Positions 1 through 8,902 of a stretch of 64,000 nucleotides of DNA are shown in pieces. This stretch comes from Escherichia phage Av-05. The DNA lies in the sequence record KM190144. One strand, 5' to 3'. The stretch's first letter is position 1. Every line of letters begins with the position of its first letter. A model generated the notes under the pieces. That model was not told the DNA's origin and did not search any database. It was given only the letters and a program-made list of their open reading frames with translations. Position numbers and translations under genes: made by a program.

Positions 1-138
1 AAAAGATAACACAACACGCTTCTTGTGCAAGGTTAAAGATGAAGAGAAGGGTTTTTAACATCCCACACAAAAACCTAACAGTTTTGGATCTTAATGACAA
101 CATTGTTATCTCCAGATACAGAGATAGCCACTGAAAAT

Positions 139-170
139 AAAAAAGGCCAAGAGAAATCTTGGCCTTTTTC
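139..170 (-). terminator. Rho-independent terminator-like hairpin (palindromic, usable on both strands)
   Basis: GGCCAAGA-GAAA-TCTTGGCC stem-loop at 145-164 flanked by A-run and T-run; lies downstream of minus gene 496-1215. Confidence 0.5.
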
Positions 171-495
171 TGGGTAAAAATACCCTTTTACTTTTGGTAG
201 GTACTTAAAATAAATGTCTTACTATAGCACAAAGATATTTTTCAAAATGCTACAACTCGACCTTATCATCGACCTATAGATGCTTGCCTTCAGCACAACA
301 CAAGTGTTAACGAATGTTGCGAGTTGACTACACATCGGTCTTCAGGTGCTTCTTTCGGCTATCTATTACTAGACAAAATCCGTCACCATGAACATCTGGC
401 CTTTAAAATACAAAGCGGAGAGTTCTTATACTTACCAAACATAAATCTTTAATATAAGTATACCATACTCTCTATCATAATGCAACAGCCTATGT

Positions 496-1215
496 TTATT
501 CAAAATCATCAACACCGCTATCGGTAAGGTTTTCTCTGCTCGAGGGTTTTGTTGAAAGAACTTGCTCAAGCAGAGAGGAGAATTTCTGCAAATTGCTTAC
601 AGAAGAAGTTCCTGTTGCCATGGCAAGCATATCCACTTCTTTTTCGGTAGGTTGCGTCCAGTCTAGAAACATCTCTTTCATGTACAACGTTGATGTCCCT
701 ATTGGTGTGGCGTGGTCAACCCTATCAGCATAGACCCAGAAAAGAACTTCTTTCTCTATACATACACACAAAGCAGCACCCAACGAGTATCCTGTAACGA
801 GGATCTCGACATTCAGGTCATCCCAGTGAAATACAACACCCAAACACTTCATACCCACAATGTCTTCCACTGCGGGTTTTAGCTCCTCATGGGAAGAAAG
901 GGAGTCATAGTTAATATTCTTTATGAATTTAAGAACGTCTTGGCTGTTGTAGACGCAATCACTATCTCCTTGCTTCCAGTAACCCCAAAATGAAGTCGAC
1001 AAATTCAACCAAAAACTTGCAGTTGTCCCTAATGTCTCAGCCAGTTTTTCAGCCACATCCTCTGTTACTTCTTCCATGTTATATAGGATAGTTCTTAACT
1101 TATTTACAGGTATACCAGATCTGTCGGCAAGATCATCCACACACCAACCTAATGGATCCAGATATTCGTGGATAATAACCTCACCTGGTGACGCTGGTGC
1201 TCTTTCTTTCTGCAT
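496..1215 (-). CDS. HigA-like HTH (XRE) antitoxin-domain protein fused to unknown C-terminal domain
   Basis: N-terminal PGEVIIHEYLDPLGW...LRTILYN...VAEKLAETLGTTASFWLNL matches HigA/VapI antidote pattern; RBS AAGGGGAAAG before ATG at 1215 (track start 1275 lies upstream of hairpin). Confidence 0.5.
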   Translation of the reverse strand: MQKERAPASPGEVIIHEYLDPLGWCVDDLADRSGIPVNKLRTILYNMEEVTEDVAEKLAETLGTTASFWLNLSTSFWGYWKQGDSDCVYNSQDVLKFIKNINYDSLSSHEELKPAVEDIVGMKCLGVVFHWDDLNVEILVTGYSLGAALCVCIEKEVLFWVYADRVDHATPIGTSTLYMKEMFLDWTQPTEKEVDMLAMATGTSSVSNLQKFSSLLEQVLSTKPSSRENLTDSGVDDFE

Positions 1216-1238
1216 TCTTTCCCCTTTTTCTCTACCAG

Positions 1239-1264
1239 AAAACCCTGCAAAGCAGGGTTTTGTT
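1239..1264 (-). terminator. Terminator-like hairpin between Cys-rich gene and HigA-like gene
   Basis: AACCCTGC-AAA-GCAGGGTT perfect stem at 1241-1259, T-rich flank. Confidence 0.4.
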
Positions 1265-1268
1265 ACTA

Positions 1269-1472
1269 TCAGCATTTAGGCGAGCATTTATCGCACGGGC
1301 ATGAAATGCCGTGGAAACACAAACCTGTTCCGTCTTTCTTGACCCCTGTCCCACCACATTGGGGACAACTATCGTGTAAGCATTTTGTTTTTGTTGTCTC
1401 CTCTTCATCTTTATTAAAGAGGTTTTTCATAATCATTTTCTGTTGTTCAATCGTAAACATTTGCGTCCCCAA
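1269..1472 (-). CDS. Small Cys-rich (zinc-ribbon-like) protein
   Basis: 67 aa with CPQCGG...C...CPCDKCSPKC cysteine cluster. Confidence 0.4.
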   Translation of the reverse strand: MGTQMFTIEQQKMIMKNLFNKDEEETTKTKCLHDSCPQCGGTGVKKDGTGLCFHGISCPCDKCSPKC

Positions 1473-1753
1473 AATCTTTCAAGTGCTTCTGCCTCTTCCA
1501 TGTTTGGGAAGATACCATAGAAACAGAACTTACCTTTAGAGAAGTACGGAATAAATACCTGCCCATCAGATGTTTGAAACATCTTGTCAAAATTTGGTAG
1601 CTTCAGGTGGGATTTTATAGCCTCTTTAATACTTTTATCCCATTGATGCTGCCATTTACAGACTTTTAGGTACTCACTAATATTGTAAGAACCTACTCTC
1701 CCCACAATACTGGAAAGAAACTTTTTATTTTTACGAATAATCTTCTTTTTCAC
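1433..1753 (-). CDS. Hypothetical small basic protein (paralog A)
   Basis: GTG start with GAGG RBS; N-terminus KKKIIRKNKKFLSS resembles the next ORF. Confidence 0.4.
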   Translation of the reverse strand: MKKKIIRKNKKFLSSIVGRVGSYNISEYLKVCKWQHQWDKSIKEAIKSHLKLPNFDKMFQTSDGQVFIPYFSKGKFCFYGIFPNMEEAEALERFWGRKCLRLNNRK

Positions 1754-2036
1754 TCAAAGACCTCGTCTCTTCAAACTGCTCTGGTGTCAATAAACTTGTT
1801 CCTACACGACTGCCATTACCACACATAATGGGCACGGCAATCATGTGGCTATCCTTTTCTGCATTACTTAAATCAAGGTACTGCCCATAACGTTTAATAA
1901 GTCGATGTTTCATTTTTGACTTAGCAAAAGCCCTCTCATTATAGAGATAATCCTCAAGGTACAAATGCATTGCGTTTGCGGATTTTAAGGATTTCGATAA
2001 GAATAATTTATTACGCCGTACCAGTTTTTTCTTCAT
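1731..2036 (-). CDS. Hypothetical small basic protein (paralog B)
   Basis: ATG with GAGGG RBS; N-terminus MKKKLVRRNKLFLSK. Confidence 0.4.
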   Translation of the reverse strand: MKKKLVRRNKLFLSKSLKSANAMHLYLEDYLYNERAFAKSKMKHRLIKRYGQYLDLSNAEKDSHMIAVPIMCGNGSRVGTSLLTPEQFEETRSLSEKEDYS

Positions 2037-2221
2037 GCAACCCTCGCTTGTGCCTGTACATTGCTAAGGGCCATACAGAACTCACTATAAAGCATTTCCA
2101 TGCCCAGCCCCATGCAGTTTTTGGTGCATATACCTGCTCAAGTATTTTACTATTCTCCATCTCTGCGGTATGTACAAACCATACAGCAATATACAATGTA
2201 ACTATAATGTAGATAAAGCCA

Positions 2222-3283
2222 TTAATCATTCATCTTATCCCAGCACATTTGTTGCGCTGTCATCAAAACATCGGCAGCAAAGTTAAGATCTGTTGTCTTC
2301 GGTAAATGCGTGTTCTTGTACAGAGTGTTACGAATATAATCATCCTTCTCTTCTGCCCAAGCCAAGAGCTTCTCCAAAGACCATGCACCATTCCTGATTG
2401 CAAGAAGCTCCTGAGCATCAGGTCTTTTTACTAAGACTTTACCTTCTGCTAAGATCTCCTCAGCCATACGCATCAATCTTACCAAATGGAGGGCATGTTT
2501 GCAATCGTACCCGTACTTTTCTTCTAACTCATGCCGGACCGGATTTCTGTTTTCAACCCATGCCCAGTAGTTCTTATGCTTTTCCTTCGCTTGTTTATGG
2601 TCATCTGCCAGATATTTAACGATTAAAATTGGCTTACGTTTCTTATCCTCGTCAGAGAACTGCTCGTATGGAACTTTACGAATAGAACCATCAGAGTTAA
2701 ACAAACCAGCGTTGTCATGTGTACCAATCACACCATAGATATTATCACCCATCGGCAAAAAGACACACAACTTATTAAGGTCATCCAGCATTTTCTGGAA
2801 GTCTTTATGTTTTGTAAGATTATCATCCATCCACGAGTGTGTCAAGCGCATGAACTCTTTTTGTGTTGGTTGCTCTTTAGGTTGCGGGTTATTAATCCAT
2901 TTATTATGGCCTTTGATACGCTTAAGTTGCGCCATCGCGTACCCAGAAAATGTAAAAGCAACTTTGCTTGATAGAAGTTTTGGCGCTTGCTCGCGTAGGT
3001 ACTCGTAAACATCTGAAGTTTGCAGAATGTCACCTCTATCAACAAACATAAGCTCGATAATGTTTGGGTTCATATCAACGAACAGCTTCATATAGTTTGT
3101 TAGCTCATACAGCTTACCATCCTCTTCATCAATAAGAGTCATCTCCCTGTCAACGAAAAATGGGGTAAGAATGCTTTTAGGCTCTGCACAATAAATTCCG
3201 CGAATATCCACATCGGATGTTGGCAAGTTAGTTCCATAGGCAATACTGCCGGAGTAACAACGCATTAGTTCTAGTTTCTTCAT
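2222..3283 (-). CDS. Pol-beta superfamily nucleotidyltransferase
   Basis: N-terminal GSIAYGTNLPTSDVDIRG (GS...hG[ST]...SDxD minimal NTase motif); 353 aa. Confidence 0.5.
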   Translation of the reverse strand: MKKLELMRCYSGSIAYGTNLPTSDVDIRGIYCAEPKSILTPFFVDREMTLIDEEDGKLYELTNYMKLFVDMNPNIIELMFVDRGDILQTSDVYEYLREQAPKLLSSKVAFTFSGYAMAQLKRIKGHNKWINNPQPKEQPTQKEFMRLTHSWMDDNLTKHKDFQKMLDDLNKLCVFLPMGDNIYGVIGTHDNAGLFNSDGSIRKVPYEQFSDEDKKRKPILIVKYLADDHKQAKEKHKNYWAWVENRNPVRHELEEKYGYDCKHALHLVRLMRMAEEILAEGKVLVKRPDAQELLAIRNGAWSLEKLLAWAEEKDDYIRNTLYKNTHLPKTTDLNFAADVLMTAQQMCWDKMND

Positions 3284-3642
3284 TGTTGTACCTTTTTGTC
3301 TTTTCTTGCATTATCCCAAAAATTAAGGATATTTTGGTAACGGATTTTGTCTTCCATATATTCAGCTTCATCACGAAGACCACATACATGGTCTATTAAG
3401 GCACATACTTCATTATGGTATTCTGTGCCACTCGTGATGTGTTTAATCATACAAGATCCTGCTTTCCATTTCGAGAGGGAGTATCTCAGATTATCATCTT
3501 TTTCTGTGGGGAAAGCATCAACAAGCACCTTTGCTCTATTCCCTTGTATCGTTTGCACTGTTCCTCGGCGCAGTTCGTTATTACCCCAATAGATAAATAC
3601 TGTATCGCCAACAAATAATCTTGTTCCGCTTGCATCCCTCAT
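3280..3642 (-). CDS. Hypothetical protein
   Basis: ORF in track (3280-3660); GGGGG RBS before ATG at 3642. Confidence 0.4.
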   Translation of the reverse strand: MRDASGTRLFVGDTVFIYWGNNELRRGTVQTIQGNRAKVLVDAFPTEKDDNLRYSLSKWKAGSCMIKHITSGTEYHNEVCALIDHVCGLRDEAEYMEDKIRYQNILNFWDNARKDKKVQQ

Positions 3643-3643
3643 T

Positions 3644-3988
3644 TTATGCCCCCAACACAAAGAAATAATGAACTGTTACCGCTGCAAAGTAAAGCGTTTT
3701 GGAAATCAATCGTAGCCAGCAATCTCTGTTTGTATACACTTTTCCTGCTAAGATATTACTCCCTGTTACGATATTTCCCCACAGCCACACAACAAACAAG
3801 AATGCTCCGAGCAAACCACTTGTCGGTGGTGTTAATGTAGTAATCATCGCAATACCTTCGAGGGTGGCGAATATGAAGAAGTATGGAAATGCCTCCCTTA
3901 CACATTTTATTCCTTTGCCAGTAATGCAGGTATTAACTAAACCTATAAGACAAAATATCGTCCAAAGCACATACAATGTATAAACCAT
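3644..3988 (-). CDS. Membrane protein
   Basis: 114 aa, multiple hydrophobic segments. Confidence 0.4.
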   Translation of the reverse strand: MVYTLYVLWTIFCLIGLVNTCITGKGIKCVREAFPYFFIFATLEGIAMITTLTPPTSGLLGAFLFVVWLWGNIVTGSNILAGKVYTNRDCWLRLISKTLYFAAVTVHYFFVLGA

Positions 3989-4053
3989 AATCCACTTAAC
4001 CCCAAAAATGTTAACCTCTCCAAACCTATCAGAGAGGTTTCAAAAATAATCTA

Positions 4054-4551
4054 CTACTCACCTTTTAGCTTAAAACTTTTCAATGTTTTGATAAAGTCTT
4101 TCTCCGCTGGTGTGTAAGTGTGTACGAAACCTGTCTCTTCGCAGGTGTAGGTATCATTAACCTCCATTGCGTGTGGAGGGATAAATGCACCATCAGGAAC
4201 AGACTTATATTCCGGGTTGTAGATAAATTCCGGCAGCACAACAGCTACAGCAGTCATTGCCCCATTCAAGGCTTTCTTTTCTTCACGCCACCAAGCCACA
4301 GGGTAGGTTTGTAAAGACATTGCCTGATCAAGAAAATCTTCAAGCACGGACTGATAACCACCATTCAAAACAATAATGGTCTTATCTTCTTCTTTCCAGC
4401 ATTTCAGCCAATGGTGTGCAGTGATCTGCTCTGGTGTATATGCTTCACCACTATGCAAAACCATAAGCTCTGCAATGGCGTGTGCTGATTGGATACCTGC
4501 ATGGATACCGCAGATATACTGGTTAACAATACAATACATTCTTGTTTTCAT
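4054..4551 (-). CDS. PTH2-like (peptidyl-tRNA hydrolase 2 family) domain protein
   Basis: GIHAGIQSAHAIA and W..W...DKTIIVLNG resemble PTH2 core motifs (GKGKxAAQCSHAA; KVVLK); by-eye only. Confidence 0.35.
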   Translation of the reverse strand: MKTRMYCIVNQYICGIHAGIQSAHAIAELMVLHSGEAYTPEQITAHHWLKCWKEEDKTIIVLNGGYQSVLEDFLDQAMSLQTYPVAWWREEKKALNGAMTAVAVVLPEFIYNPEYKSVPDGAFIPPHAMEVNDTYTCEETGFVHTYTPAEKDFIKTLKSFKLKGE

Positions 4552-4766
4552 TTTTGTTTCTTCCTCAAAATTATCCGTTCAGGACTGAAAAATTCTTTCA
4601 AACACAGGAAGATGGCTAATGCGCCACCCAACCACCAAAAAGGTATCAACAGCAAAGCAGGTATTAAGTCCTCTCCTGTGATACAATCCTGTGTTTTATA
4701 GGTCATGGTAAGAAATACACCTGCTGCTACTATCCCAGCAACCACATACAAGATCAGTTCAATCAT
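4548..4766 (-). CDS. Small membrane protein
   Basis: 72 aa, two hydrophobic helices. Confidence 0.4.
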   Translation of the reverse strand: MIELILYVVAGIVAAGVFLTMTYKTQDCITGEDLIPALLLIPFWWLGGALAIFLCLKEFFSPERIILRKKQK

Positions 4767-5079
4767 TATCCCGTTTCTCCAGAAACGCTTTCACCGCAAG
4801 AGCCGCAGCGTAAATTGCCACAAGACAAATACAAAATGTGAAAATAATAGGTAAAACCATTACCGCAAACATCATAAACAGTGGTCCTGCAACAGTAACG
4901 AATGCTGTTCCAAGCAACAATAGAAATACCACATATTTATCTGCCGTCTCATCCACCTTCTTAAGATACACACCTAAACACACAGAAGACAACAGGAATG
5001 ACAGAATGGACAGCAATAGATACCAATTATCAATAAAGATGATAATTGGACCAGCAACATTTTCTAGCCACCACATCAT
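4759..5079 (-). CDS. Membrane protein
   Basis: 106 aa, strongly hydrophobic. Confidence 0.4.
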   Translation of the reverse strand: MMWWLENVAGPIIIFIDNWYLLLSILSFLLSSVCLGVYLKKVDETADKYVVFLLLLGTAFVTVAGPLFMMFAVMVLPIIFTFCICLVAIYAAALAVKAFLEKRDND

Positions 5080-5093
5080 ATATACTTACCTCT

Positions 5094-6350
5094 TTAGAAT
5101 AACATATCTCTGCTGATTGCTTTACGAATAGCATCAATACGGGCTACTCGCACAGCCTCACCAATCTCTTTACCCTTCTTACCTTTTTCCAGAAGGGGTT
5201 TTGTTATAGCTTTAGAATCAACTTTTGTCATAGCGTCGTAGGCTTCCAACAAAATATGACCCTGAGGATAAGGTTTATGTCTAAAATCACCACCTCTCCC
5301 TTTAGCATCACAATAACACGCATCTGCAAGTGTGTAAACCTTTATTTTCTGATCAGCTTGTCCAGCAGCTTCAAATATTTTCATGATGCTTTTTGGTTTC
5401 AAACCGTTGTTACCATCTTTGGGGGAGATGGCGTGCACTTTTGTGTGATTTTCCGCAACATATTTTGCCGTGTCACGATAGATATTATAAATCTTCAACC
5501 TTTCACACAAGGATTGGATAACATCTACACCAGCTTTTTCATGACCATGAAGATTACCATTGTCCTTATGAGTCACAGCTTTGCCAAAATCATGGCACAG
5601 CACAGCAAACTTGGTCAGTGGATCAGCTCCTAATTCATCAGCAACCCGTAACGCTAGAATTGTATGGGTGTAAGCATCCCCTTCTGGGTGATGTTCTTTA
5701 GGTTGTTGCACACCACGTAGGGCTTCCAGTTCAGGGAGTTCGCCAATACGTCCCATATTGACAGCAAAAGATCTGAAATAACCACTCTTTAAGGCTTTCA
5801 ACATTTCCTTCCATTTACGCTCGGCGCTTATTTCTGCCAAAGAGTGTCGGTTGTCATAAGCCAGTTTAAAAGTTTCTGGATGGATATGCCATTCTTCCCC
5901 AAGCTGGGCTTTAAATCTAAACAGGCGTAGAATACGTAATGGATCTTCAATAAATGCCTGTGATGTATGACGTAATGTTTTAAGTCCTAAGTCAACCTGA
6001 CCACCAAAAGGATCTATAATTTCACCACTCTCAACATCCATCGCCATGGAATTGATGGTTAGGTCTCTACGTGCCAAATCCTCTTCCAGAGTTACATCTG
6101 GACTAAAGCATACCTCAAATCCTTTATGGCCTTCACCTGTTTTTCTTTCTGTGCGTGCAAGAGCGTACTCTTCTCTTGTTTCTGGGTGAAGATAAACTGG
6201 AAAAGATGCGCCAACTTGTGTGAACCCTCTTTTCAACATCTCTTCATGCGTAGCACCAACAACCACATAATCACGGTCTGATATTTCACGACCTAACAAT
6301 TTATCTCTTACTGCGCCACCTACCAAGTATACCTTCATTTCTTCGCCCAC
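5094..6350 (-). CDS. cca: tRNA nucleotidyltransferase (CCA-adding enzyme) with HD domain
   Basis: MKVYLVGGAVRDKLLG...DRD head motif, RRDLTINS, HD motif HHPEGDAYTHT...CHDFGK; probable ATG at 6338 (track GTG 6350). Confidence 0.8.
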   Translation of the reverse strand: MGEEMKVYLVGGAVRDKLLGREISDRDYVVVGATHEEMLKRGFTQVGASFPVYLHPETREEYALARTERKTGEGHKGFEVCFSPDVTLEEDLARRDLTINSMAMDVESGEIIDPFGGQVDLGLKTLRHTSQAFIEDPLRILRLFRFKAQLGEEWHIHPETFKLAYDNRHSLAEISAERKWKEMLKALKSGYFRSFAVNMGRIGELPELEALRGVQQPKEHHPEGDAYTHTILALRVADELGADPLTKFAVLCHDFGKAVTHKDNGNLHGHEKAGVDVIQSLCERLKIYNIYRDTAKYVAENHTKVHAISPKDGNNGLKPKSIMKIFEAAGQADQKIKVYTLADACYCDAKGRGGDFRHKPYPQGHILLEAYDAMTKVDSKAITKPLLEKGKKGKEIGEAVRVARIDAIRKAISRDMLF

Positions 6351-6661
6351 GTATTCATATAATTAACAATATCTTTTACGGCTCTCTTTCCGTCTAGTGG
6401 ATAAACTATGTCATCGCTCATCCCACCGTGTTTTAGCATTGCTACCAGTCTAGTATATACCTCTTTTGGTCTTTTGCAAGTTCTTTTCTTCCATTTATGA
6501 CCGTCTGGGGAGTACTCCTTATCTTCAAGAGAGATATGAAGTATATCCCCTATAAACTCTTTAGCCTGTGTGCTGTAAAGTGGACGGTGGAATATGTAGA
6601 ATTTCATTGCTTGCTCCTTTGTTGTAATAACAATATCAGTGCAAGCCACCTGTGTCAACAC
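6335..6661 (-). CDS. Hypothetical protein
   Basis: ORF in track; overlaps cca start (coupled). Confidence 0.4.
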   Translation of the reverse strand: MLTQVACTDIVITTKEQAMKFYIFHRPLYSTQAKEFIGDILHISLEDKEYSPDGHKWKKRTCKRPKEVYTRLVAMLKHGGMSDDIVYPLDGKRAVKDIVNYMNTWAKK

Positions 6662-6696
6662 ATAAAGAAAAACCCGCTAAAAAGCGGGTTAATCTC

Positions 6697-6978
6697 TTAC
6701 CATGTTACAAATATGTTTATAGATGTGCCTTGTTTTGTTGGTTGATAGCTAATAATATCTACCGTGAAGCCACCACCACGAAGATCGCCAACAATATGAG
6801 GCAGGTAATCACCCATTTCCTCCGGGAACTGTAGTGACATACCCATTCCAAATAGACCTTTCTTTGCACACTGGCTGATCCCGTTTACTATCTGGTCGTA
6901 CAGTTCCACCAGAGATTTTGGGGTGTCCTTTTTCGACTTGTTCGCTATCTCTCTCATTTTGCTGGCGACATTTGCCAT
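6697..6978 (-). CDS. Hypothetical protein
   Basis: 93 aa; AGAGG RBS before ATG 6978; in-frame TAA immediately upstream. Confidence 0.45.
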   Translation of the reverse strand: MANVASKMREIANKSKKDTPKSLVELYDQIVNGISQCAKKGLFGMGMSLQFPEEMGDYLPHIVGDLRGGGFTVDIISYQPTKQGTSINIFVTW

Positions 6979-7489
6979 CTTTACCTCTTAAAAAATAGAA
7001 AGGCTTCAAATTAAGGGTGTTCTTTTTGTCCCACACATACCATGCATACCCGCTTCCATCTGTCTTACCATCATCTGTAAAAGATGGTCTTTGAGAAAGT
7101 ACAAGCAGAGATGTTGGAGGATTATCTTGCCACCACTCCCACCTTTTCATACTTTCAAGAAAACCAAGGCGTAGAAGCATGATAACGACATCAGCGTCAC
7201 GTAGAGCTTTCTCAACAAATTCCTGAGCCAGTGAGTATGGAGGGTTAGAGATTATGATGTCTGTGTGATTATACTCTGTTGCCAGATAATCAACACCTTG
7301 ACGTATTTCTCCCCAAGCACTTCCGATTGGTAGAAAATTATAAATCCTACCGGAAGCCCTGCACGGCTCCATATATTTCTTTTTCATATCTATGGGGATG
7401 ACTTCCAACAGGGCTTCAACAGCCCATACTGGGGTTTCATACGTATCGTATTCTCTCCGCTCACTCTTCCTTTTCAGGGGCGCTACCAT
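6809..7489 (-). CDS. Dam-like DNA N6-adenine methyltransferase (small phage type); 3' end probably artefactually extended
   Basis: DIIISNPPYS catalytic motif; removing one T from the T6 run at 6990-6995 gives a 166-aa protein ending ...KPFYF directly before the RBS of the next gene. Confidence 0.6.
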   Translation of the reverse strand: MVAPLKRKSERREYDTYETPVWAVEALLEVIPIDMKKKYMEPCRASGRIYNFLPIGSAWGEIRQGVDYLATEYNHTDIIISNPPYSLAQEFVEKALRDADVVIMLLRLGFLESMKRWEWWQDNPPTSLLVLSQRPSFTDDGKTDGSGYAWYVWDKKNTLNLKPFYFLRGKDGKCRQQNERDSEQVEKGHPKISGGTVRPDSKRDQPVCKERSIWNGYVTTVPGGNG

Positions 7490-8415
7490 CAGTTATTCAC
7501 CTTTTCCATAGCCTCTTTCAAAAGATCTTCTGAGACACCAAGAATCTGATTTAACAAAACGTCCCGCTTATGTGGTATTGTGCGTGTTTCACTTTCACCA
7601 TATCGTAGGCTATTCAGTTGCACAAGGATTCCTTTTAACTCCTCAACATTAAAACCGTCAAAATCACGTTCATTGAGTGTTAGCATATTGAAACTGAAAT
7701 TTTCACCCCCAATCGCTATATTTAGAGGCACTTCCTGTAGTTCATCTTCAGAAACAATATCTATATTTTGCAGTGCTACACTCTTCGACTTTGCAGGTTT
7801 TGTCGTTTTCGGTCCTGTTATATACTTCAGCCCTTGTTGCTCTCTTCGGATATTCTCTTTATCCAGTAAAGCGGCTTCTGTGCGTACCAAAATATCTTCT
7901 TCTGTCAGCCAAACTTCCCCACCACCTTTAATGGTTTCCATTTCTTCAGGTGTTAGCACATCTTTATAGAAATAATCGAAGACACGATCAAAGTAGTCTT
8001 TTTGGAACACAGCTTGGCGGTAAATATTGGATCCGTCTCCACCTATCCAACCCTGGTAGTTATGGAACATAAAAATTGTCAATGGTGAAACAGTTCTCCG
8101 CTCACATGCCAACCATAATACTGTTCCTGCTGAACACACTTGGCCTTCTGCATGAACAATAACCATGGCCTGACTTTCTCTGATGGCGCTAACGTATGCC
8201 ATAGCAATAGCAACATCCCCACCCAATGTATTTATAATAATGCGTACCGTATCCTCTGGGTTGGCTGCACGAATTGTTTGTAACCGCTCTTGGTGGTCTT
8301 CCAACCAATGCATCTCGTTAACGTACACGACATGATTATTGGCATAGGCACGATATGTGAAAACATTAGAAGTCTCTACACGGTTAATATCAAATCCGTT
8401 ATTCAGTTTTTGCAT
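7489..8415 (-). CDS. ClpP-like (S14 family) serine peptidase
   Basis: INTLGGDV...GQVCSAGTVLWLA...MFHNYQGW matches ClpP core with Ser and His motifs; extra N- and C-terminal extensions. Confidence 0.5.
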   Translation of the reverse strand: MQKLNNGFDINRVETSNVFTYRAYANNHVVYVNEMHWLEDHQERLQTIRAANPEDTVRIIINTLGGDVAIAMAYVSAIRESQAMVIVHAEGQVCSAGTVLWLACERRTVSPLTIFMFHNYQGWIGGDGSNIYRQAVFQKDYFDRVFDYFYKDVLTPEEMETIKGGGEVWLTEEDILVRTEAALLDKENIRREQQGLKYITGPKTTKPAKSKSVALQNIDIVSEDELQEVPLNIAIGGENFSFNMLTLNERDFDGFNVEELKGILVQLNSLRYGESETRTIPHKRDVLLNQILGVSEDLLKEAMEKVNN

Positions 8416-8896
8416 TACAAACCTCTTCGTTTTTAATGAGGATACCCCTCAGAATGTGACTATTGCTCAAAAGCCAATCTATATTTATACCGCACTCCTC
8501 GTCAACAATAACTTTGTCACTATATCTGGAGCACCGGATAACTCTACGCGCATACTCAGCCGCTATAGCTGCTTGATGTATGATTGTAAATATGTCAAGT
8601 TCATCTTTAGTAAGATGAATGAACTTAGATTTACCATTCATGCAGATGAGATGCTCTAGCAGCTCAATTCTGTTAGAGAACATCAATTCGGCATCCTTCT
8701 TAGCAGCACTTTCAGAATAAAACATACTAGCTAAGAGGCTTTTATTAACAACTCTTAAAGAATTAGCTACCGTGGTCATATATCTGTTATAAAGCTCAGT
8801 AGCCATCTCTTCAAACACGTCAGGCTCTACAACACCACAATTCTGTAACTTTACCAAGGTATCGTTTGTTAAGACACTGTAGACAGTATTTTTCAT
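8399..8896 (-). CDS. Hypothetical protein
   Basis: ORF in track, 165 aa. Confidence 0.4.
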   Translation of the reverse strand: MKNTVYSVLTNDTLVKLQNCGVVEPDVFEEMATELYNRYMTTVANSLRVVNKSLLASMFYSESAAKKDAELMFSNRIELLEHLICMNGKSKFIHLTKDELDIFTIIHQAAIAAEYARRVIRCSRYSDKVIVDEECGINIDWLLSNSHILRGILIKNEEVCNAKTE

Positions 8897-8902
8897 TGTC
8901 CC

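Noticed and set aside
1076-2212. Plus-strand track ORFs 1076-1279, 1306-1539, 1970-2212 inside a minus-strand gene block
   Set aside because: They are antisense to better-supported minus-strand genes, have no RBS and low-complexity translations; treated as non-coding.
7580-7969. Plus-strand 129-aa Ser-rich ORF
   Set aside because: Antisense to the ClpP-like gene; low-complexity composition typical of a shadow ORF.
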